Source: Candidatus Nitrospira inopinata
GTDB lineage: Bacteria > Nitrospirota > Nitrospiria > Nitrospirales > Nitrospiraceae
Direction of reading: 5' to 3'
Length of the DNA stretch: 32,000 bases
Assembly (NCBI RefSeq): GCF_001458695.1
Contig: NZ_LN885086.1
Location: forward strand, 720,001 to 752,000
In this document: piece by piece, positions 8,173 through 14,744 of the stretch
Numbering within the stretch: the first letter of the stretch is position 1
Layout of the letters: each line of letters starts with the position of its first letter
Made by a program: the position numbers and the translations under genes
The notes under the pieces: model-generated
Told to the model about the DNA's origin: nothing
What the model saw: the letters and a program-made list of their open reading frames with translations, nothing else
Databases searched by the model: none

Positions 8173-9995
8173 TCAATACGCTTGACTAGCTTTTCAAGAG
8201 GTCCAGTGACCTGTTGAAGCCCATCGCGTACCATATCGCTACTGGCCTTTAACTCTTGCGCCGCCTGAGAAAATGATTCATCAAATCGCGTGAGTTGTTG
8301 TTCTGTATACTCTTGAACCACCGACGAATACCGTTCCATGCTATGGGTGAGTTCCGTAAGCACGTTGCCGAGTCCTGTCTCAACAGTATGGAACACAGTT
8401 TGGAACTGTTTGAGGGTTTCTGTCTGAACAGCGTGGATCTCTGCGAAGCGGGTCAGCTGTTGGGCTAACCGCTCGGCGTTCTGGCCTGCTTGCTCCTGAA
8501 GCTGCCGCATTTCCTGCACAGTAGCTGCGAACGAACGTTGGCCCTCCAGGAGCGTATAAGCTGCCTGTTCGACTTGTTTGAGAGCCTGTTGGCCTTCAGT
8601 TACCATGGCGCGGAACGACTCCAAAGCTTCGTTGAGGACAGATTTAGTCTGCGCAAGCTGTTGGCTGGCTGATCGATGCTCATCAAGTGCAGCCATGAGG
8701 TTCATGGCACCCTGCTCGGTCCATTTAGCCGTTCGCTGAAGTACGATATCGACAGTCTTGGAGAGATGGGCTTGTGAGTGTTCCTGTGCCTCGCGGATTG
8801 TCGTTGTTACAGATGCCAAGAGTTCATGGGCTCGACGTTCATGTTCAGATCCCACATTCTCCAGTCGAGCAAGCACGGACCCCACGGTTTCTCGCAATTG
8901 TCCTATCTGGTCACTCACGGCTCGATTTTGGGCCGCCATGGAATCGTCCAAACGTTGGATGAACGTGGCTAAGCCAACTCGGCTTTCTTCGCCTGCTCGG
9001 TTAAGCTCCTCCATCCGATTACTAGCAGAAGCGAGGACCGTTTGCAGTTCGGTAAACTGTGTCTTGGTCGTCCCTTCAAGACCTTTCAGAAATTGAGCGA
9101 TAAGCTCCTTAATGGCATCGTTATTGTCTTGGCGCTGTTGGGTGGCCAAGCGCTCCACAACCTCCACCATGCGGCGAAGAGTTGGGCCGAGGCTTTCAGA
9201 AATCCCTTCTTTCAGGCGGGTTGAAAGATCAACCCCAAAATGACGAAACGCCGTGGTCTGCTCTGCGAGATTTTGATGCATGTCTTCGAGAATGTGTTCG
9301 CTCGTCCTGCGACTGAGTAGCCTGTTAAGGGCATGGGTGAATCGATAGTAACTATTACTTAGGCCATGGACCAGCGGTTTCTCAAGTAAGAGGTAAACGG
9401 TCGCACAAGATAACGCTACGATGGAGGTGAGGAACTTTCCTGCTAATCCGTTGATAAGGCCAGAAATTCCCTCAATGCGAGAGGATTCTTCATCGATGTT
9501 GACTTGCAATAGTCCTGCGAAAATAGCTAAAAAAGTTAATAATAAGCCGACACCTGTCACGATTCCAGGAAAGCTGGAGTAGAAGAACAAATTGATACGT
9601 TGATTGATCAGATTGTCTTCAGTAAAAAACTCCTCTGCTGGACGGGTATTATAAATCTTGCCCGGTGAGTCTTTAACAAGTACTGTCTCTCGAAACTCTT
9701 CCCATGCCTGGGCGAGCGGCTCAACTTTACCGAAAAGACCGTCGAGACGGTTAAGCCCTTCTGCATCCAGCACAGAATGCTGATGCCGGAGCTTTTGGAG
9801 TTCTGTGGCGACCACTGTAAGAGGTTGCCTGACCATCCACACTTTCACTACCATCCACGTAAGCACAGCGAGCGTGACCACAATGATGCCCGCTGAGCCG
9901 ACCCAACTGAGGCCAGGAGCAGTTACAAGCCCTATGGGATTAGCATCAGTGAAGGGATGAAGAAGTAAATCAACCATTGTGCTCATGGCTGGCAT
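8169..9995 (-). CDS. zorA: MotA/ExbB-like ion-channel membrane protein with a long C-terminal helical tail (ZorA-like)
   Basis: 608 aa. Three hydrophobic segments lie at about aa 29-55, 135-163 and 178-205. The MotA/ExbB-type core reads FPGIVTGVGLLLTFLAIFAGLL...GLAGKFLTSIVALSCATVYLLLE. About 400 aa of Q/E/L/A/R-rich, proline-poor sequence follows, suggesting a coiled coil or long helix. In-frame ATGs occur at 9995, 9986 and 9977. The one at 9986 forms an ATGA overlap with the upstream ORF stop and has GGAG 10 nt upstream. Confidence 0.8.
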   Translation of the reverse strand: MPAMSTMVDLLLHPFTDANPIGLVTAPGLSWVGSAGIIVVTLAVLTWMVVKVWMVRQPLTVVATELQKLRHQHSVLDAEGLNRLDGLFGKVEPLAQAWEEFRETVLVKDSPGKIYNTRPAEEFFTEDNLINQRINLFFYSSFPGIVTGVGLLLTFLAIFAGLLQVNIDEESSRIEGISGLINGLAGKFLTSIVALSCATVYLLLEKPLVHGLSNSYYRFTHALNRLLSRRTSEHILEDMHQNLAEQTTAFRHFGVDLSTRLKEGISESLGPTLRRMVEVVERLATQQRQDNNDAIKELIAQFLKGLEGTTKTQFTELQTVLASASNRMEELNRAGEESRVGLATFIQRLDDSMAAQNRAVSDQIGQLRETVGSVLARLENVGSEHERRAHELLASVTTTIREAQEHSQAHLSKTVDIVLQRTAKWTEQGAMNLMAALDEHRSASQQLAQTKSVLNEALESFRAMVTEGQQALKQVEQAAYTLLEGQRSFAATVQEMRQLQEQAGQNAERLAQQLTRFAEIHAVQTETLKQFQTVFHTVETGLGNVLTELTHSMERYSSVVQEYTEQQLTRFDESFSQAAQELKASSDMVRDGLQQVTGPLEKLVKRIE

Positions 9996-10879
9996 GCTCC
10001 AGTGGTGATCGGTCTCCGAGTCGAGAGGAATGCCTGAGTTACAAGATGACTTTTCATGCGCCCTAACGTCATTGTTTTGCCTTTAATTTTGACTGCGGCC
10101 GTTTGAAACTCGAATAGCCGCTTGCCAAAGTCTCGTGGTATTCGAAATTCGGAAAGCCCCTCCCGTGCCTCTTGCGAAAGATGGTACGCCATCTTGATAT
10201 AGATATGGTGCGGAGGCACGAGTTCTTCCCGAGCCCAGCTCTCTTCGATAATACGGACGAGTTCTTCGGAAATATCCACACACCACCGATCCGTCCACCG
10301 ATCTTCAAACCACCGGGCCAACTTCTGGCACGCATCGTGATCCAGGACATCCACGTTCAACTCGCCCTGCTCGGACAAGCCTGCAAGCGTCAGATTGCTG
10401 CTGCCTAAATAGCCAACGATTGGGTTGATAGGATCAGGCCGGAAGAGCAAGTACAGCTTGGCGTGCAGCGAATGCCGGAGGAACAGTTTGACGATAACCT
10501 TCTTGGATTTGATTTGTTCTGCCAGCTTGCGGAGCCCCGCTTCGTCTTCGTTGGTTGGAATGCCGACGCTCAATTGCTCGCGGAACTCTTCGGCGAGCTT
10601 CTTTTTGAGGTGAATTGTCGTCTGGTTGTCTATCTCACCATCTCGGCTTATCAGGCTCAACGCTTTGCGCAATTCATCGTGCGGCAACCGCTGCATACCG
10701 ACCAATAGGCGGCAACAGTGCCCATCTCCTCCAGACCACTTCTCAATATGCGAGTCGAGTTGCTTCCATCCTCGAAGGTTGAAATACCCGACGCAAAAGT
10801 CAGCGCGGTCGGCAACCTGCATGGTTTCGCGGAGCGCGGGAAGGAGGGATTGTTCGATGTTATCAAAGATGCGGGGCAT
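9983..10879 (-). CDS. PLD-family (single HKD motif) nuclease-domain protein, probably the N-terminal remnant of a PLD-helicase fusion
   Basis: 298 aa. The HKD motif is LHAKLYLLFRPDPINPIVGYLGSSNLTLAGL (nt about 10394-10465). The N-terminus MPRIFDNIEQSLLPAL...ADFCVGYFNLRGW and the segment RLFEFQTAAVKI resemble, from memory, the first 260 aa or so of roughly 1000 aa PLD + SF2 helicase proteins. After about aa 265 the sequence becomes unrelated (KGKTMTLGRMKSH...) and stops at 9983, before any Walker A motif. It could be a pseudogene fragment or a functional short PLD nuclease. Confidence 0.6.
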   Translation of the reverse strand: MPRIFDNIEQSLLPALRETMQVADRADFCVGYFNLRGWKQLDSHIEKWSGGDGHCCRLLVGMQRLPHDELRKALSLISRDGEIDNQTTIHLKKKLAEEFREQLSVGIPTNEDEAGLRKLAEQIKSKKVIVKLFLRHSLHAKLYLLFRPDPINPIVGYLGSSNLTLAGLSEQGELNVDVLDHDACQKLARWFEDRWTDRWCVDISEELVRIIEESWAREELVPPHHIYIKMAYHLSQEAREGLSEFRIPRDFGKRLFEFQTAAVKIKGKTMTLGRMKSHLVTQAFLSTRRPITTGACQP

Positions 10880-11486
10880 AGCTGTACTGGCGTGCTTATT
10901 CGTGTGAAGCGCCGATGCAGAATGCCATTTTCTACGATATAAATCAATAATTTAGATGATCATTGGGGGCGATCTCGGTAGGATTAGGATATTGAGGTGG
11001 CAGTGCAGGTGACGGCGGTGATGCACCGGACGTTATGAATGCAAAGAGGGAAATAAGAAATCGAGGGGTCTTTTCTTGACAGAGAATGGACGTGGTTTCG
11101 GTCACAGATGCTTATGCCCCGTCGTCCGCGCCTCACTGCCGGAGATTTTGCCCGTCCTATGCTCAATCGCTGTATGGGTGCTTGCCGTTATTTGGACGAA
11201 GACAAGGGATCGGAATCAGTATTGGGCGCGTAAACGTTCCAGCACAGAGCGGAATGACTGCCAACCTCTTTAGTTCTCCGCAGATCGTCGTGGGACGATA
11301 TGCGAGCGCTTCCCAAAAGTGTCAGCGAAACAGCAGACCATCAACCTTTTAAGAGCACAGCAAGGAAAGGAGCCGGACGATTCGAACCGATGCCAAGGTG
11401 AAGCTGAGGTGCGGGAAATCCGCCTCCACACACACTTACTTCATTGACTTGTGATCTTTGGGGGAATGTTTCCAACTTGTTGTTTT

Positions 11487-11562
<76 letters not shown>

Positions 11563-11617
11563 ACCGGGTGTGTAGCTTCTTTCTGAGGCACGACTGGAGA
11601 CCTCGCCCACCTGCTGG

Positions 11618-11694
11618 TGGTGCGCCTGACAGGATTTGAACCTGTGGCCCTCAGCTCCGGAGGCTGATGCTCTATCCAGCTGAGCTACAGGCGC
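11618..11694 (-). tRNA. tRNA-Arg (anticodon CCG), CCA encoded
   Basis: The reverse complement reads GCGCCTGTAGCTCAGCTGGATAGAGCATCAGCCTCCGGAGCTGAGGGCCACAGGTTCAAATCCTGTCAGGCGCACCA. It has an acceptor stem GCGCCTG/CAGGCGC, an anticodon stem TCAGC/GCTGA with loop CTCCGGA, and a T-arm ACAGG-TTCAAAT-CCTGT. Confidence 0.93.
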
Positions 11695-11741
11695 TCCCGT
11701 CAGCAAGGTACGTCACCTTAGCACGGCCGGAAAGCCGCTGT

Positions 11742-12374
11742 CTAGGTGCCGGTCACCTCCTCACCTTCCGCCTTATCAGGCAAAAAAGCATAGGGGAGAA
11801 AGAGTTCCTCACCCTGTGCCAAATCCAGGTTGTGTAATTGAGCAAGATGCTCGGCTTCTTCGTTGATCAGTCGATCTTCTTCTTCACGAAAGGATCGAGG
11901 CAGCCGAACGAGCGGAATGGCCGTTTGAATCGCGCAGGCTCCTTCGACGATTTCTCCCGTGTCACGTGGAATGCCCATCGATCGGCAGGTGAGCGGTCGA
12001 AAGGCATAGATGCCACAGCTTCCATCGGATTGGAGGGCCGGGCAATTCAGGTCGGCAAATCGCTCGGCCAGCGCATCAACGTCACCGTCCGCCCATTGAT
12101 CGATGAACCAGGTTCGCGCCAGTCGGGGGGCGGCTCGTTCCATCATTTTGACCTGCGCTCGCGCTCGCTGGAGAATGGTTCGGCGTTGCGTCGGTTGCAA
12201 GGTGCGGAGCCCTCGTTGGATTTCGTTCCAATCCAGTATGGTGACCGGGAAGATGCCCCGACAACAGTGCGAACATCCTTGAGCGCAGGGGATTTGATCA
12301 AGCAGAGCCGCTTTGGCTCGCTGAAACCAGAGGGACGTTTTTTCAAAAAGCCCGAACGACAAGCCTCCCCTCAT
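11742..12374 (-). CDS. YkgJ-family (CxxCxxCC) zinc/iron-chelating cysteine-cluster protein
   Basis: 210 aa, starting at the ATG at 12374. It contains the N-terminal cluster CAQGCSHCCRGIF and further Cys residues (NCPAL...GSCGIYAFRPLTCRS), typical of the UPF0153/YkgJ family. It starts 6 nt after the upstream gene's stop. Confidence 0.65.
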   Translation of the reverse strand: MRGGLSFGLFEKTSLWFQRAKAALLDQIPCAQGCSHCCRGIFPVTILDWNEIQRGLRTLQPTQRRTILQRARAQVKMMERAAPRLARTWFIDQWADGDVDALAERFADLNCPALQSDGSCGIYAFRPLTCRSMGIPRDTGEIVEGACAIQTAIPLVRLPRSFREEEDRLINEEAEHLAQLHNLDLAQGEELFLPYAFLPDKAEGEEVTGT

Positions 12375-12380
12375 CTTCTC

Positions 12381-12953
12381 TCATGAGCGACCGTCATCTT
12401 CGGCACCGTCTGAGAGATCAACGACCAACTCGCCTTTCGGTGAATAGAAGCCGAGATTATCGATTTGGACGATTCCGTTACATTGCTCCTGGTAAAATTG
12501 AAGAATCCATCCGTTGAAATCGTATCCTTCATCGGTCACGTCCATTTCGTCCATTCGAGTCGTCAGGATGAATCGACAATTGGCAAGACAGCTTCTAATG
12601 AGCTGCGACTCAACGTCGTCATATACGGACAACAGTTTCAGAAACTGTGCTTTCTCTTGCTCATAGAGATCCGTGTAGCTCCCACGATCCCGCAAGCAAA
12701 ACAGCTGAATCGGCTTTCTGTCACGGTGATAGCCTAGAGACATTTGGACCCACGCCCATTCCTCCAGCGCCGTCTGATCAATGCCGGCTGGAATGATTGG
12801 AGACTGCCCGCGGGTGTTTAGAAAATCGTACAGCAGCCGAAGCGGGGGGGAGTTTTCTCGCTGGCAAAACACACGAGAATAGATGATTTTTTCAGGTCGT
12901 TCCGATTGCTTCTCTTGTGCGCCCGCGGAGAAGAGTGGTAGTTCTTTGCCCAT
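12381..12953 (-). CDS. hypothetical protein
   Basis: 190 aa ORF with balanced, protein-like composition, located immediately upstream of the YkgJ-like gene on the same strand. I recognise no motif in it. Confidence 0.5.
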   Translation of the reverse strand: MGKELPLFSAGAQEKQSERPEKIIYSRVFCQRENSPPLRLLYDFLNTRGQSPIIPAGIDQTALEEWAWVQMSLGYHRDRKPIQLFCLRDRGSYTDLYEQEKAQFLKLLSVYDDVESQLIRSCLANCRFILTTRMDEMDVTDEGYDFNGWILQFYQEQCNGIVQIDNLGFYSPKGELVVDLSDGAEDDGRS

Positions 12954-13083
12954 TGCTCGTTCAACCCATTAGTACGGGTCGCAATTTACGAATAAAGAAT
13001 GTCCCTACTGTACCCGCCATCTTCTTTTCTCCGCAAGAGCCCACATAGGTGCATTTCTTCGCGCCAAATGTGCGTTTTTGTCA

Positions 13084-13112
13084 TTGACACTCCCGGTACT
13101 CTTGGCTACACT
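13084..13112 (+). promoter_or_regulatory. sigma70-like promoter candidate for the HU gene
   Basis: TTGACA (13084-13089), a 17-nt spacer, then TACACT (13107-13112), about 130 nt upstream of the HU start. The HU start has a strong SD (AAGGAGG at 13228-13234). Confidence 0.45.
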
Positions 13113-13241
13113 CTCGCCGGTTTTCGCCACGTGCGGGCTATCATTCACTTCGCAATACCGCGCTTTCGAGCCCCGGTGATTTAACGATCATGAGTCGGCG
13201 TAGCGAAAAGGTGATCATTTTATTTTCAAGGAGGTTGACGA

Positions 13242-13529
13242 ATGGCTAAATCAATGACGAAGTCACAGATTGCTGATTACCTGGCTGGGAAAGCCGGTAT
13301 CACGAAGAAGGTCGCGGTTCAGATTCTCGATGATCTGGCGACACTCGCTTACCGTGAGGCAAAGAACGTTTTCACGATCCCCGGCATCGGGAAGCTCAAA
13401 CTGGCCAACCGAAAGGCCCGTATCGGTCGCAATCCACAAACTGGTGAAGAAATTAAGATTCCGGCCAAGCGGGTTGTCAAGTTTCGCATTGCCAAGGCAG
13501 CTAAAGACGCAATCCTCGGCAAGAAGTAA
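13242..13529 (+). CDS. HU/IHF-family DNA-binding protein
   Basis: 95 aa. The sequence MTKSQIADYLA...FTIPGIGKLKLANRKARIGRNPQTGEEIKIPAKRVVKFRIAKAAKD carries the classic HU beta-arm signature (R-NPxTGE-I-IPA). A strong SD lies 7 nt upstream. Confidence 0.9.
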   Translation: MAKSMTKSQIADYLAGKAGITKKVAVQILDDLATLAYREAKNVFTIPGIGKLKLANRKARIGRNPQTGEEIKIPAKRVVKFRIAKAAKDAILGKK

Positions 13530-13663
13530 GGCGCCGCTGAGATCTGGTCGCATGGCCTCACGATATCGCGTCCGTTGAAATCGGAGAAGAAGAGATTTGT
13601 ATCCGATTTGGATGGGGAATCTCGATTTTCTTTTTGTACCCGGCGCAGGAAGGTAGGAAGGTA

Positions 13664-13701
13664 AAGGGCCGTCGTTTTTCATGACGACGGCCCTTACTTT
13701 T
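13664..13701. terminator. Rho-independent terminator hairpin between convergent genes
   Basis: An 11-bp perfect stem AGGGCCGTCGT (13665-13675) / ACGACGGCCCT (13684-13694) with an 8-nt loop, followed by TACTTTTG on the + strand. It lies between the HU gene (+) and the MoaD-like gene (-). Confidence 0.6.
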
Positions 13702-13850
13702 GTCTGAGTAGGATTTCTTCTTTCTTGTATGGACTCAGAGGTCCCTTTTCTGAGTCTTCCTATCGTGAGTTCTTTTCAGCGCCTGGCATGCTTCTCGACG
13801 CAAGTCGGCTTTCCATCGCTTTTCAAATCGCCCGCCGTTTTGATGCCCCT

Positions 13851-14141
13851 CTAGTCGAGTGAGGGCCCTAACCCGCTTCCTCCCATTCCATTATGCCCTA
13901 TCAAGCGGACGGTATCGCCATCATGGACAAGACTGTCTTCGCTTGCAATTCTCTTATTGATTGTCACCAGTATTTTCTTCTCGCGTAGCAACGGAAGCAA
14001 ATGCCAGAGATGAGCGCCTTGTTTCCGAATCAGTTGCCTGACAGAAATTGGCATGTCGATTTTGCACGCGAGGTCTCGTTCCCCCTCGATCGTCTGAAGT
14101 TGTCCCGTTAAGTTGATCGTCACCATAAAAAATAAATCCAT
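13851..14141 (-). CDS. MoaD/ThiS-like beta-grasp (ubiquitin-like sulfur-carrier fold) protein, tentative
   Basis: 91-96 aa, with ATGs at 14141 and 14126. The pattern VTINL.G.L...(about 60 aa)...ILVTINKRIASEDSLVHDGDTVRLIGHNGMGG resembles the family's ...vN.....l.dGD.V.l.p..GG ending. Here the GG is followed by 8 extra residues (SGLGPSLD). Confidence 0.4.
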   Translation of the reverse strand: MDLFFMVTINLTGQLQTIEGERDLACKIDMPISVRQLIRKQGAHLWHLLPLLREKKILVTINKRIASEDSLVHDGDTVRLIGHNGMGGSGLGPSLD

Positions 14142-14535
14142 TTTCGATGCTGTAGTTCTGCAGCAAAGGGCTTAGCGTGAGGAAATTTTCATATCCCAAC
14201 CCAGGCGCGTCTCATTATGCTCTATATGTTTTTGAACACGGCAGCGAAAAAACCGTTCGAATTCCTTCAATTTGCTCTGGCACTCTCTCCTGTCGACAGC
14301 ATGCTCGGACTTTTCTCATGACCATCATGATCACAGGACTTAGCGATAGTCGATTCTAGACTCATTCGCTCCACGGTTTTGTACAACCGGCCCTTCCGCG
14401 TCGTCTTCATTTCTTTTCCTCTCTGCTCCGTCGTAATGATTGCCGTGCCGCAAACTTTTTTTGATGAGCATTTTCATCAGGTGACAGTGCGGTATCGAAT
14501 ATGGTAGAAGGTTCATTCATTTTTGCACTCAGAAT

Positions 14536-14613
14536 GTCCCCATCGTCTAGCCTGGCCTAGGACATTGCCCTTTCAAGGCAGTAACACGGGTTCAAATCCC
14601 GTTGGGGACACCA
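14536..14613 (+). tRNA. tRNA-Glu (anticodon TTC), CCA encoded
   Basis: GTCCCCATCGTCTAGCCTGGCCTAGGACATTGCCCTTTCAAGGCAGTAACACGGGTTCAAATCCCGTTGGGGACACCA. It has an acceptor stem GTCCCCA/TGGGGAC, an anticodon loop CTTTCAA, and a T-arm ACGGG-TTCAAAT-CCCGT. Confidence 0.92.
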
Positions 14614-14664
14614 GCAAATTACCGCTTACGAAAACAAAGCAACAAAAAAGCACGCAAATAGCAA

Positions 14665-14698
14665 GGGGGCTGCACGGAAACCGTGCAGCCCCCTTTTT
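14665..14698. terminator. Strong GC hairpin plus T-tract (terminator after tRNA-Glu; also faces the 3' end of amoC)
   Basis: GGGGGCTGCACGG-AAA-CCGTGCAGCCCCC is a 13-bp perfect stem at 14665-14693, followed by TTTTT (14694-14698). On the opposite strand it lies 47 nt downstream of the amoC stop, where the trailing sequence is less T-rich. Confidence 0.7.
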
Positions 14699-14744
14699 CG
14701 AGTTAGCTTTTCCTCTTCAGAATGTCTTTTTAACTAACCTTAAC

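Noticed and set aside
11838-12386. 182-aa plus-strand ORF
   Set aside because: It is antisense to the YkgJ-like Cys-cluster gene and has no motifs.
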